From: Paraphysomonas bandaiensis
Lineage: Eukaryota > Protista > Chrysophyceae
Reading direction: 5' to 3'
NCBI GenBank assembly: GCA_965644295.1
Contig: CBFFRP010000527.1
Span: forward strand, 22,321 to 86,320
Length of the DNA stretch: 64,000 bases
The position numbers and the translations under genes were made by a program. Within the stretch, counting starts at the first letter, position 1. The number at the start of each line of letters is the position of its first letter. Shown piece after piece: positions 23,014-35,149 of this stretch. Below the pieces are notes generated by a model. The model was given only the letters and a program-made list of their open reading frames with translations. It did not search any database and was not told the origin of the DNA.

Positions 23014-25137
23014 ATGGATAATAGTTCAAGTAATAGTATTAATGAGAATGATAGTGACTGTGATGAAATATCTGATACAGTAATTCGATCATCTAAATGG
23101 ACTCGTCCATCTACATGTGCTGAACTGCAGATGATAACTGATGAAGACGCAGATCTACATGGTTTAAGTGATATTAAGGCTCTCACTCAACTAGAAACAG
23201 AGTCCTTATCATCCCCATCATATGAAACATTATCAGTAAATAGTCAGAAGTGTGAAAAGATACTTAAGAGACTGTTATGTACTATACGAGAGCTGCTACA
23301 GACGGAGCTCACATATGTGAATGACTTACAGTGTATCACCACTTTATTGCATGATTACTCTTTTGGAGTATATGAAAGTGTACGAAATTTTGTGTCTTCA
23401 AGTTCGTTTTCTGCGTTTCAAGTGGCAATCGAGTGTGCAACGGCCATTGGTTTTGAATTCCTTCGCGATCTGGAGGATGAGTTAACCCAAATTGGTACGA
23501 TCGAATCTTCTCCATCTGAGAACTTCTTACCCTTGATACTCATGGTCGAAGCAATATCTAAATTGTTTATTCGACACGCCCCACTGCTTACTCAATATCG
23601 CCATATAATTCGTTATCACAACCCCATTATTACACTGTATTCTTCATTATATGAAAACCCAGATTTCAAGAGTTATGTGGGGAGTCTTGAAGATTCTCGG
23701 GGACACTCTTTTTTGTCATTGTCAATTAAACCTGTTCAGCGGTTACCGCGTTATATTCTATTTACCAAAGAAATAATTAATACTCTTAATTCGTTATCTG
23801 AATCCGACGTCCATGTGGAGCATAATCCCATTATTCTACGAGCCCTAAAGAGCATGAAAAATGCGAACACCAGCCTTTCAGATTGTGCTGTTGGGTGTAA
23901 TAATGCCATGCGGAAGTACGAAGACCTTAGCAAGCTTCATATTATTGATGCTGCTCTGAAGAGAGGTGACGGGCAGAAGTTTTCTGTAGTTCATCCGAAT
24001 CGTGAGTGCGTAACGGAAGGGGTTCTGCGAAGGCACCACAAGCGTTCGGGTATGAAGGCGCACAACGCGTATTTGTTCTCAGATTGTTTATTGATAGCTT
24101 CGAGTATTGGGAAAAGTTTAATTTTAGATATTGTTATACCTTTGGGTATGAACTGTGGCACTCAGTGCATGCCTATGTGCACCTGGATACAATCTGCCAG
24201 CGATGCTAAAGAGAGTTCATGTGGCATAGTTATTTTAGGGAAGAAGCCATATTATTTTATGGCTAATCACGAGGAGGCGAAAAATATATGGATCAGAGGA
24301 ATCCAATCTGTGTTATATCGTAACGAAGCGAATTTTGACGTCATACAGGCCCATCAATGTGTAAAAATTACGAACACGCTAGTAACTTTATGCAAAATTC
24401 ACGAATGTGATTTAGTAGCCAATAAAGTGGACAAATCGAAAACAAGAAGTGCCATTTATTTACAAGCCAATTGGTGGAAGTTGCTCCATATATTAGAACA
24501 TGCTGAATCGTCATGTCCCAAAGAGTTATCAGCATCAGTGTCACGTATCCGTAATGATGTTGTCAAGCTGCTGGATATCGTACATGAACGTGTGGAAAAA
24601 TGTTTTCAAATGAAGAATAACTGCTCTTTGATGTCCTTATTTGATTCTGGTCCTATAGGCAGCTACCCTATTGCTTGTGGGTATATGTATGATGTACCGA
24701 AGAAAAATACAACGTTATCTTCTCCGACTGAGCTGGTGCGTCCGACAATTTTGAAAGTGTTCTTATTTTCTGATGTTTTACTCGTTGGCACTGTTAATGG
24801 TCAATATGGAAAAGATTGTAGATACTACTTTCATATTCCAGTTCAAGATATAGCGGTCCGAAGCATGACAAACGACCCCGACGGGTTGGGTATTTTATTG
24901 GTTGACACTGGGGTAGTAAATTCTAGAAGTCTTGTATCATCGTTGTGGAATAACGAAATTCGGGAACGAGTGATTTTGGCATCAAGCGTTTCCCAAAAGT
25001 TCTATTGGATTTCACTGTTGACAGAAACGATTCGTGCACGTATTTCGTCTAAAACTGATATCGACATGACAAATGTGCATGAAGTCACAGGGGGGCACGA
25101 CGATACTTGGAAATATAGCAGCACTATTCCGAATTAA
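23014..25137 (+). CDS. RhoGEF (DH domain) with two PH-like domains
   Basis: IRELLQTELTYVNDL and SLSIKPVQRLPRYILF (DH). EGVLRR..AYLFSDCLL..WIRGIQ and VFLFSDVLL..WISLL (PH). Confidence 0.85.
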   Translation: MDNSSSNSINENDSDCDEISDTVIRSSKWTRPSTCAELQMITDEDADLHGLSDIKALTQLETESLSSPSYETLSVNSQKCEKILKRLLCTIRELLQTELTYVNDLQCITTLLHDYSFGVYESVRNFVSSSSFSAFQVAIECATAIGFEFLRDLEDELTQIGTIESSPSENFLPLILMVEAISKLFIRHAPLLTQYRHIIRYHNPIITLYSSLYENPDFKSYVGSLEDSRGHSFLSLSIKPVQRLPRYILFTKEIINTLNSLSESDVHVEHNPIILRALKSMKNANTSLSDCAVGCNNAMRKYEDLSKLHIIDAALKRGDGQKFSVVHPNRECVTEGVLRRHHKRSGMKAHNAYLFSDCLLIASSIGKSLILDIVIPLGMNCGTQCMPMCTWIQSASDAKESSCGIVILGKKPYYFMANHEEAKNIWIRGIQSVLYRNEANFDVIQAHQCVKITNTLVTLCKIHECDLVANKVDKSKTRSAIYLQANWWKLLHILEHAESSCPKELSASVSRIRNDVVKLLDIVHERVEKCFQMKNNCSLMSLFDSGPIGSYPIACGYMYDVPKKNTTLSSPTELVRPTILKVFLFSDVLLVGTVNGQYGKDCRYYFHIPVQDIAVRSMTNDPDGLGILLVDTGVVNSRSLVSSLWNNEIRERVILASSVSQKFYWISLLTETIRARISSKTDIDMTNVHEVTGGHDDTWKYSSTIPN

Positions 25138-27427
25138 TCTGTGGTTAATATGGGCGACACTTATTAGAGTTCAATCCAACTCTCTACTTATTAAGTATTT
25201 TACTTATATAGAAAAATTAATTGATAACTAATTTTATCGAATTCTGATTCCAATGTTGATAAAGGAGAGTTGGAATCATAGCGGGTAAAACCCTGTAGTT
25301 AACGGTATTGATTGAAGATACTGTGGAAGGTTAACATCTTGCGATCGAATAACATGGAGTACATTTCGGCTCATTCAATTCACTATATAATACCATTAAT
25401 TTACACCTGTAGTCTATAATGTTGAAAGCTCGTCACTATATACATCATGAGATTGACTTCATCGAATAACAGATGTTTCGAACGTTTCAAGACTTGGATT
25501 TAAAAATAATAAATTAAATAATTATTACTAAATGTTGCTAATTAAATGGCTGGCTTAATAGGTAGCATCTTAAGATGTACAGCTACTGATCATAGGTACG
25601 AATACAGTATCTGTTAGCGTAGAAGAACTTGGATGTATGTACACTGCTACAGTCACTTTATCATTATTAATCATAATTTTTTGACAGTAAAGAGGCGGTA
25701 TACACTTTAACCTCAGCACACAAAAAAACGTCAAACGTCACTGACAAATATCAAACTGAGCTCTACCACAACCGTCGTCGTGATACACAGCATAACCTGA
25801 TTGCAGATACCCAACGGCTTTGAAATATTCAAGTGTAGTGTAGTGCGAAGGACGTGTGTGCAATAATAAACTCATACAGGGAACAGAGGTGAGTGTATGC
25901 AAGAATTATATGTGGTCAAGAGGTATACAGTATGAAATGTTTACTCCTTTGCGTTGGTGTGCTCTTGATGTTGATGTCTTGAAGTCTATAGCATGACCAA
26001 TCCTGGTCAAATGACTACTACTAACCCAACTTTTAAGAGCATAAAACTATTATCAAGTGTTTGCTATGTGTATGGAAAAGGATTAGAATAGTTTAGAAGA
26101 TTTTTCTTACTTAATTCTAATTTTAGAATTCGTAATAATATACAATAAAATATTAAGTTGAAATATTGAAAACACACACCGTAAATGCGATTAATATCCC
26201 AACAAGCAAGAAGTAAATCAGGTCAGGAGGGGATGCTTCTGTCTCATTTTAGTTAACGTCGTCTGTTAACTTTGGCAATCAGATGGAGAAGAACAGCTTG
26301 ATCCGGATGATGTTCGAGTACAATTTCAAGATTTAATTTGTTAGTACCTGAGATAATATATAGTATACCACCTGGGTGCTGATACGGATACTGTTCAACA
26401 GTGCAGATGGTACGGAAAAAGAACTGAACCGTGTGAAAAAGCACAGGTGCAACAAATCATGTATCTGCTGATAAAGGTGAATTAAATTATGAAGAGTAAA
26501 TGATGATGAGGAAGACGAGGTCTCTCTTTTCCTTATAAAAAACAACCGAATGCGCAAGAAAGCACGCACCGAACTGCCAATATGATATCGTTGTGTGAAT
26601 TATCTGTATAGCACTATACTAATATGTGCTGTGAAAGTTAAGATTGTTATGATAACACCTAGACACCAGATTGTTTTGTGCTAATCGACCGCTTTGGGAT
26701 GGAATTATTGTAGTTCATAAAGTTATTTGGAAAATCAATATAATAGAAGGTAATATATGCCAATAATTGAATGTTTGGTAAAAAATCGTAATTATTATTG
26801 TTGGATAACTATTACCAATTAATTGCTAAAGTTAATTTTTACACAATCCTGGTAGCTACATTTTACAGAACAATAAGCTGGTAAGGCACATTGATATATT
26901 ACCGGTTCTCTATTGCCCTAATGGACGTCTTCACTCCTTCTATGATTATGATGCTCGACGCTTATGAGATGAAGAAAGAATCTCAACTTGCATTGACTGC
27001 GAAGATAATGTTCCATGTGTTGCATGTGTAATTTTGTACGATGCCTGCAATCATAAATTTATGATTTGAAAATGTTGTCGTGGTTGTGTGAAAAATATAG
27101 CGACTTACAATTTAGTATACAATCATAATATATGTATGAATTTGAATTTCTAGTGGAGAATTTTTTATAACGTGGTCAAATACTGCCAATACTGGGAAAT
27201 CATACTGCTGTGCCGTATAAAGCTCAGATCATTACGTTGAGTGTTGAGTGTACACATAACGTATAATGATGACTTGCAAACACTGCAACTGCATCCGCAC
27301 ATTTCGGGTAGTTCCATTCTACGGTTACTGTATGAAAGACAACATAATCTCTATAAGAATTGTACAGGCAATCTGTTTGGTTGGAATTAGATATTAATAA
27401 GGCCATCTGTTGGACATCTACTAACTA

Positions 27428-28756
27428 TTATTTAGCTACTTTTTTCTTCTTTGGTTTCTTCGTTGGATTAAAAGCATAGGTGTTCGGAGGTGGTGAGGTG
27501 GGTGCTGCCGCTTTCGAAACAGTCTTCTTTGTGCCATCCGCCTGTATAACTTCGACGGGAGATTCTTTTTGCGTAATTACCTGTACATATGTTAGGCGAA
27601 CTGTAGGTCCAATCATCAATGCGACATCAAGTTTAAAGTACCTGGATTATATTTGTGATCGGGTTCGTTTTAAACAGAGGCAATGGCACGGTCTTAGGTG
27701 GTTTCCGAATATCGAGCATCTTTGATAGCGTCTCAGTGCGCAGGACGAGCGACTGTGTTACCGTCAAGGCATTGTTTGCTATCCAGTAGATGAGTAAACC
27801 CTGATGCATATGTGGTTAGGGGGATTGACGGGGCATGAAAAACTCAACATAGAATGAAGGGAACACGTAGGATAGTCAATAATGGGTCATAAATCACATG
27901 ACCCCAATACAGTGTACTCAAGTGGGTATTCACAGATGTAACTCACCGAAGAGAATTGGCTCGATATGGGGATCATAGCAAGGGAGAGTGCTCGCATACC
28001 CATCACAAATCTCGGGTCTGATGGTCTCATGCCATCCGCATTGAGCTCGAACATTAGAAACATAGATACAGCACTTGCAGTAGGTAGCACATAGTAAGGG
28101 TCGGCTGCACTAAGATCAGTTAACCACAGTGGTCCCCCCGTGCAGTAGTCCGGACAATACTCACCCATTTTACGTAGCCCCATAAAAAATGCGATCATAG
28201 GAGGAATCTGTATTAAACCTGCCACAATCGACAGCATCGGACTAAAGTTGTGTTTCTTATATAATGCCTTGCTTTCACGTGCATAAAAAGTGTTATCTTT
28301 TATGCTAGTCATGTCTAACTTCGACTTCATTTTTTCTAGTTGGGGTGTTACTTCCACTCGGCGTGATCCCTGCTGCAGAGCGACCACACCAAAAGGCAAC
28401 AAAGCGAATCTAAATGCAACTGTAGACAAGATAATCGCTTGCCAATACGGTACATCGCATGCAACATGAATATTATCAATCAGCATAACGGCCAAATCTG
28501 ATGGATTATATATACTCAAATCAGACACAGACAATACACTATCCGACACAGAGACATCACCAGCAGCAGGCACTGCTTCATCAATTGAACCCTTTGAATT
28601 AGATAGAGTGTCTGTTGGTAATGAATCTTTATCAGTATTGAAACATGGAGGAGTGGATGATATGCATCGAGCTGTAGGGGCTATCAGGGAGGGTCGAAGA
28701 GAGCTTCTTGATAGGATTTTACCCAGAGGTTTTGTCCTTAAAAGTAAGGAGTTCAT
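27428..28756 (-). CDS. OXA1: Mitochondrial Oxa1/YidC membrane insertase, 3 exons
   Basis: R/S-rich presequence; PYWQAIILSTVAFRFALLP; IQIP..FFMGLRKM; TGGPLWLTDLSAADPYYVLP. Exon 2 GLLIYWIANN; basic C-terminal tail in exon 3. Confidence 0.85.
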
Positions 28757-28949
28757 GTTTTATTTTAACCGTGTAATGTGTGGTTTAGTTATATATGTTG
28801 GTAAGAGTGAGTGAGAGGGAATGTTTATGGTTACCAATACCCATACATACATATATGCATACACGGTACATGCGTACATATATATGCATCGCTGGGAAGT
28901 GTGGTATGTGTATTACCACAGTATACTTCTAGACTACTTTCCATCGTCC

Positions 28950-29210
28950 TGTATGTATGTATGTATGTATGTATGTATGTATGTATGTATGTATGTACGT
29001 AGGTCGGTAGGTATGTATGTATGTATGTATGTATGTATGTATGTATGTATGTATGTATGTATGTAGTATGTAGAGCAGTACATACAGCAGTATGTATGCA
29101 GGTAGAAAGGTACAGGTACGAAGGTAGGTAGGTACAGGTAGAAGGTACGTATGTATGTATGTATGTATGTACGTATAGGTATGTAGATTCTGTAGATACG
29201 TATGTATGTG
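28950..29210. repeat. Interrupted (TATG)n microsatellite
   Basis: Several TATG runs separated by TAGG-type variants. Confidence 0.95.
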
Positions 29211-29331
29211 GTGTACATGATATGTGTGTGTGTACATAATCGGATAGAGAGATCCTCATTCTCACTGGTGTTGCAGGTCAGGAGGTGGGAGGAGTTTCCT
29301 CCCTGTTCAGTCTTAATTTCTTTCATCTGAT

Positions 29332-32300
29332 ATGGAGTGTCCGATTTGTCGTTATGATTTCACTGATGCGGGAGAGCATGACCCTCGAAGCTTACCCTGT
29401 GGACACACTCTATGCGTCACATGCTTACGTCAATTGAGAGCATCTACATGTCCGACATGCTGCACACGTTTTCCAAGTGATATTAATAAAATTCCAAGAA
29501 ATTTCACTGTGATTGACTTTTGTCGTCTTTTGCCTTCCTCATCCAATCAGAAGCGTCCATTTTGTGATACAGAAGACTTCGAACAAATTAATATAAACAT
29601 AATAAAAAAAGACGAAGTGTTAAGACGCATGAGTTCGATCAGACGTGAGTCGCAAGCCATCAAAGAAGAGATCAGAGACACACTGGAACACGTCAATGAG
29701 TTACAGTCGAATTGTTCGCGTTTAGATTCTGAGTATGAGACTCTCTGTAGTGAAAAGGAACAAATTCAGTCTCTAATTTTACAGTTACAGAGTCGAACTC
29801 TTGTAAATAACATGCAGCAGCATGCTCTTCCAGCCCCCCCATTAACAGGAGAAGGAACAAGTGTTTCCTCAGGATATAGTCATGAGAGAACAAGTGAATA
29901 TGATGAGATTATTCGGTTGATTGCATTGTTACGTGAGGGCAGTGCAGAGGATAAGATTGAGGCGGCAAGGGCGCTTTTGAATCTCACTGTTTACGCCGAT
30001 AACAGTGTCAGCATTGCTCGCGAGGGCGGTATATCTGCTTTGATAACATTGTTACGTGAGGGCTGTGCAGTGGGTAAGCGTCTGGCGGCAGGGGCACTTT
30101 GGGGCCTTGCTCGAAACGCCGATAACAGTGTCAGCATTGCTCACGAAGGTGGTATAGCTGCATTGATTGCATTATTACGTGGGGGCTGTGCAGAGGGCAA
30201 GGGTCAGGCAGCAGGAGCGCTTCGTGTCCTTGCTCGAAACGCCGATTACTGTGTTAGCATTGCTTCTGAGGGCGGTATAGCTGCATTGATTGCGTTGTTA
30301 CGTGAGGGCAGTGTAGACGGTAAGCGATCGGCGGTAGGGGCGCTTTGGGGCCTTGCTCGAAACGCCGATAACAGTGTCAGCATTGCTTCTGAGGGCGGTA
30401 TAGCTGTATTGATTGCATTGTTGCGTGAGGGCAGTCCAATGGGAAAGGTTGAGGCGGCAGGGGCGCTTCGTGTCCTTGCTACAAACGCTGATAACAATGT
30501 CAGCATTGCTCATGAGGGCGGCATAGCTGCATTGATTGCATTGTTACGTGAGGGCAATGCAGAGGGTAAGCGATTGGCGGCAGGAGCGCTTTGGGGCCTT
30601 GCTCGGAATGCCGATAACAGAGTCAGCATTGCTCGCGAAGGCGGTATAGCTGTATTGATTGCATTGTTACGTAGGGGCTGTGTAGAGGGTAAATTTCAGG
30701 CGGCAGGGGCACTTTGGGACATTGCTGCAGACACCAATAACAGTGGCAGCATTGCTCGTGAGGGCGGTATAACTGCATTGATTGCCTTCTTGCGTGAGGG
30801 CTGTGCAAAAGGTAAACGTCAGGCTGCAGGGGCGCTAGGTATCCTTGCTACAAATGCTGACAACAGAGTCAACATTGCTCGCGAGGGCGGTGTAGCTGCA
30901 TTGATTACATTGTTGCGTGAGGGCAATGCAGAGGGTAAGCGTCTGGCAGCAGAGGCGTTAAGGAACCTCGCTGAAAACGATGACAACAATATATGTATTG
31001 CTTGTGAGGGCGGTATACCTCCTTTGATTGCATTGTTGTGTGAGGGCAGTACAGAGGGCAAGTCTACGGCAGCTGCGGCGCTCGGTATCCTTGCTGCAAA
31101 CGCCAACAACAGTATCAACATTGCTCGCGAGGGTGGTGTAGCTGCATTGATTGCATTGTTATGCGAGGGCAATGCAGAGGGCAAACATGTTGCAGCCGCG
31201 GCGCTTGGTTCCCTTGCTGCTAACGCTGAGAACAGTGTCTGCATTGCTTGTGAGGGCGGTATACCTCCTTTGATTGCATTGTTGTGTGAGGGCAATGCAG
31301 AGGGTAAGTGTCTGGCAGCAGAAACGTTAAGGACCCTCGCTATAAACGCCGATAACAGTGTCAGCATTGCTTCTGAGGGCGGTATTCCTCCATTGATTGC
31401 ATTGTTGCGCGCGGGCTGTGCAGAGGGTAAACGTCAGGCTGCAGGAGCGCTCAGGAACCTCTCTCTAAATGCTGTTAACAGTGTCAACATTGCTCGCGAG
31501 GGCGGTGTAGCTGCATTGATTACATTGTTGCGTGAGGGCAATGCAGAGGGTAAGCGTCTGGCAGCAGGGGCGTTAAGGAACCTCGCTGAAAACGCAGATA
31601 ACAAAATCAGCATTGCTTGTGAGGGTGGTATACCTCCTTTGATTGCATTGTTGCGTGAGGGCTGTGCAGAGGGTAAACGTCAGGCTGCAGGGGCGCTAAG
31701 GACTCTCTCTCTAAATGCTGTTAACAGTGTCAACATTGCTCGCGAGGGCGGTGTAGCTGCATTGATTACATTGTTGCGTGAGGGCAATGCAGAGGGTAAG
31801 CGTCTGGCAGCAGAAACGTTAAGGAACCTCGCTGAAAACGATGACAACAATATATGTATTGCTTCTGAGGGCGGTATACCACTTCTGATTACATTGTCGC
31901 GTGCGGGCTGTGCAGAGGGTAAACGTCAGGCTGCAGGAGCGCTAAGGACCCTCTCTCTAAATGCTGTTAACAGTGTCAACATTGCTCGCGAGGGCGGTGT
32001 AGCTGCATTGATTACATTGTTGCGTGAGGGCAATGCAGAGGGTAAGCGTGTGGCAGCAGAAGCGTTAAGGAACCTCGCTGAAAACGATGACAATAATATA
32101 TGTATTGCTTGTGAGGGCGGTATACCACTTCTGATTACATTGTTGCGTACGGGCTGTGCAGAGGGTAAACGTCAGGCTGCAGGGGCGTTAAGGAACCTCG
32201 CTGGAAACGATGGCAACAATATATGTATTGCTTCTGAGGGTGGTATACCTCCTTTGATTACATTGTTGCGTGAGGGCAATGCAGAGGGTAAACGTCAGGC

Positions 32301-35013
32301 TGCAGGGGCGCTCGGTATCCTTGCTACAAATGCTGACAACAGAGTCAACATTGCTCGCGAGGGCGGTGTAGCTGCATTGATTATATTGTTGCGTGAGGGC
32401 AATGCAGAGGGTAAGCGTCTGGCAGCAGAGGCGTTAAGGAACCTCGCTGGAAACGATGACAACAATATGTGTATTGCTTCTGAGGGTGGTATACCTCCTT
32501 TGATTACATTGTTGCGTACGGGCTGTGCAGAGGGTAAACGTCAGGCTGCAGGGGCGCTAGGTATCCTTGCTACAAATGCTGTTAACAATGTCAACATTGC
32601 TCGCGAGGGCGGTGTAGCTGCATTGATTACATTGTTGCGTGAGGGCAATGCAGAGGGTAAGCGTCTGGCAGCAGGGGCGTTAAGGAACCTCGCTGAAAAC
32701 GCAGATAACAAAATCAGCATTGCTTGTGAGGGTGGTATACCTCCTTTGATTGCATTGTTGCGTGAGGGCTGTGCAGAGGGTAAACGTCAGGCTGCAGGGG
32801 CGCTAAGGACTCTCTCTCTAAATGCTGTTAACAGTGTCAACATTGCTCGCGAGGGCGGTGTAGCTGCATTGATTACATTGTTGCGTGAGGGCAATGCAGA
32901 GGGTAAGCGTCTGGCAGCAGAAACGTTAAGGAACCTCGCTGAAAACGATGACAACAATATATGTATTGCTTCTGAGGGCGGTATACCACTTCTGATTACA
33001 TTGTCGTGTGCGGGCTGTGCAGAGGGTAAACGTCAGGCTGCAGGAGCGCTAAGGACCCTCTCTCTAAATGCTGTTAACAGTGTCAACATTGCTCGCGAGG
33101 GCGGTGTAGCTGCATTGATTACATTGTTGCGTGAGGGCAATGCAGAGGGTAAGCGTGTGGCAGCAGAAGCGTTAAGGAACCTCGCTGAAAACGATGACAA
33201 TAATATATGTATTGCTTGTGAGGGCGGTATACCACTTCTGATTACATTGTTGCGTACGGGCTGTGCAGAGGGTAAACGTCAGGCTGCAGGGGCGTTAAGG
33301 AACCTCGCTGGAAACGATGGCAACAATATATGTATTGCTTCTGAGGGTGGTATACCTCCTTTGATTACATTGTTGCGTGAGGGCAATGCAGAGGGTAAAC
33401 GTCAGGCTGCAGGGGCGCTCGGTATCCTTGCTACAAATGCTGACAACAGAGTCAACATTGCTCGCGAGGGCGGTGTAGCTGCATTGATTATATTGTTGCG
33501 TGAGGGCAATGCAGAGGGTAAGCGTCTGGCAGCAGAGGCGTTAAGGAACCTCGCTGGAAACGATGACAACAATATGTGTATTGCTTCTGAGGGTGGTATA
33601 CCTCCTTTGATTACATTGTTGCGTACGGGCTGTGCAGAGGGTAAACGTCAGGCTGCAGGGGCGCTAGGTATCCTTGCTACAAATGCTGTTAACAATGTCA
33701 ACATTGCTCGCGAGGGCGGTGTAGCTGCATTGATTACATTGTTGCGTGAGGGCAATGCAGAGGGTAAGCGTCTGGCAGCAGGGGCGTTAAGGAACCTCGC
33801 TGAAAACGCAGATAACAAAATCAGCATTGCTTGTGAGGGTGGTATACCTCCTTTGATTGCATTGTTGCGTGAGGGCTGTGCAGAGGGTAAACGTCAGGCT
33901 GCAGGGGCGCTAAGGACTCTCTCTCTAAATGCTGTTAACAGTGTCAACATTGCTCGCGAGGGCGGTGTAGCTGCATTGATTACATTGTTGCGTGAGGGCA
34001 ATGCAGAGGGTAAGCGTCTGGCAGCAGGGGCGTTAAGGACCCTCGCTGAAAACGCAGATAACAAAATCAGCATTGCTTATGAGGGTGGTATACCTCCATT
34101 GATTGCATTGTTGCGTGTGGGCTGTGCAGAGAGTAAACGTCAGGCTGCAGGGGCGCTTGGTATCCTTGCTACAAATGCTGACAACAGAGTCAACATTGCT
34201 CGCGAGGGCGGTGTAGCTGCATTGATTACATTGTTGCGTGAGGGCAATGCAGAGGGTAAGCGTCTGGCAGCAGAGGCGTTAAGTAACCTCGCTGAAAACG
34301 ATGACAACAAAATCAGCATTGCTTGTGAGGGCGGTATACCACTTCTGATTACATTGTTGCGTGAGGGCTGTGCAGAGGGTAAACGTCAGGCTGCAGGAGC
34401 GCTAAGGACCCTCTCTCTAAATGCTGTTAACAGTGTCAACATTGCTCGCGAGGGCGGTGTAGCTGCATTGATTACATTGTTGCGTGAGGGCAATGCAGAG
34501 GGTAAGCGTCTGGCAGCAGGGGCGTTAAGGAACCTCGCTGAAAACGATGACAACAATATATGTATTGCTTCTGAGGGCGGTATACCTCCTTTGATTGCAT
34601 TGTTGTGTGAGGGCAATACAGAGGGCAAGTCTACGGCAGCCGCGGCGCTTGGTATCCTTGCTGCAAACGCCGATAACAGTATCAACATTGCTCGCGAGGG
34701 TGGTGTAGCTGCATTGATTGCATTGTTACGTGAGGGCAGTCCACTGGGTAAGGTTGAAGCAGCGGGAGCACTCTGGAATTTAGCTGTAAACTCTGACGAC
34801 CAAGTCAGTAGTACTCGCGAGGGTGGTATATCTGCATTGATTGCAATTTTTCGTGAGGGCAGTGCAGACGGTAAGTTTCAGGCGACAGGAGCACTTCGGT
34901 GTTTAGCTGAGAACCCTGATATTAGTGTCAGAAATGCTCTCCATAGCGGAATAGCTGCATTGATTGCTCTGTTGCGTGAGCATATATCTGAATGTATATA
35001 TCAAAGTGTATAA
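29332..35013 (+). CDS. RING finger + coiled coil + 41 armadillo repeats; putative E3 ubiquitin ligase
   Basis: C3HC4 RING CPIC..LPCGHTLCVTC..CPTC. The LIxLL codons at 29917 and 34960 are exactly 41 x 123 bp apart. ARM consensus GGIxxLIxLLREGxxEGKxxAAxALxxLAxN. Confidence 0.92.
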   Translation: MECPICRYDFTDAGEHDPRSLPCGHTLCVTCLRQLRASTCPTCCTRFPSDINKIPRNFTVIDFCRLLPSSSNQKRPFCDTEDFEQININIIKKDEVLRRMSSIRRESQAIKEEIRDTLEHVNELQSNCSRLDSEYETLCSEKEQIQSLILQLQSRTLVNNMQQHALPAPPLTGEGTSVSSGYSHERTSEYDEIIRLIALLREGSAEDKIEAARALLNLTVYADNSVSIAREGGISALITLLREGCAVGKRLAAGALWGLARNADNSVSIAHEGGIAALIALLRGGCAEGKGQAAGALRVLARNADYCVSIASEGGIAALIALLREGSVDGKRSAVGALWGLARNADNSVSIASEGGIAVLIALLREGSPMGKVEAAGALRVLATNADNNVSIAHEGGIAALIALLREGNAEGKRLAAGALWGLARNADNRVSIAREGGIAVLIALLRRGCVEGKFQAAGALWDIAADTNNSGSIAREGGITALIAFLREGCAKGKRQAAGALGILATNADNRVNIAREGGVAALITLLREGNAEGKRLAAEALRNLAENDDNNICIACEGGIPPLIALLCEGSTEGKSTAAAALGILAANANNSINIAREGGVAALIALLCEGNAEGKHVAAAALGSLAANAENSVCIACEGGIPPLIALLCEGNAEGKCLAAETLRTLAINADNSVSIASEGGIPPLIALLRAGCAEGKRQAAGALRNLSLNAVNSVNIAREGGVAALITLLREGNAEGKRLAAGALRNLAENADNKISIACEGGIPPLIALLREGCAEGKRQAAGALRTLSLNAVNSVNIAREGGVAALITLLREGNAEGKRLAAETLRNLAENDDNNICIASEGGIPLLITLSRAGCAEGKRQAAGALRTLSLNAVNSVNIAREGGVAALITLLREGNAEGKRVAAEALRNLAENDDNNICIACEGGIPLLITLLRTGCAEGKRQAAGALRNLAGNDGNNICIASEGGIPPLITLLREGNAEGKRQAAGALGILATNADNRVNIAREGGVAALIILLREGNAEGKRLAAEALRNLAGNDDNNMCIASEGGIPPLITLLRTGCAEGKRQAAGALGILATNAVNNVNIAREGGVAALITLLREGNAEGKRLAAGALRNLAENADNKISIACEGGIPPLIALLREGCAEGKRQAAGALRTLSLNAVNSVNIAREGGVAALITLLREGNAEGKRLAAETLRNLAENDDNNICIASEGGIPLLITLSCAGCAEGKRQAAGALRTLSLNAVNSVNIAREGGVAALITLLREGNAEGKRVAAEALRNLAENDDNNICIACEGGIPLLITLLRTGCAEGKRQAAGALRNLAGNDGNNICIASEGGIPPLITLLREGNAEGKRQAAGALGILATNADNRVNIAREGGVAALIILLREGNAEGKRLAAEALRNLAGNDDNNMCIASEGGIPPLITLLRTGCAEGKRQAAGALGILATNAVNNVNIAREGGVAALITLLREGNAEGKRLAAGALRNLAENADNKISIACEGGIPPLIALLREGCAEGKRQAAGALRTLSLNAVNSVNIAREGGVAALITLLREGNAEGKRLAAGALRTLAENADNKISIAYEGGIPPLIALLRVGCAESKRQAAGALGILATNADNRVNIAREGGVAALITLLREGNAEGKRLAAEALSNLAENDDNKISIACEGGIPLLITLLREGCAEGKRQAAGALRTLSLNAVNSVNIAREGGVAALITLLREGNAEGKRLAAGALRNLAENDDNNICIASEGGIPPLIALLCEGNTEGKSTAAAALGILAANADNSINIAREGGVAALIALLREGSPLGKVEAAGALWNLAVNSDDQVSSTREGGISALIAIFREGSADGKFQATGALRCLAENPDISVRNALHSGIAALIALLREHISECIYQSV

Positions 35014-35149
35014 TTTTTACGCTTAAAGTAGATATATGGACTTATGTACAGCACTATCAGTTAACATTAATTGTAAGTATTCTTGGTGATTTGCTGCATT
35101 AATTGGATTCAATCTCACCAAATAATATACAGCTTTAGACGGTCATGAT

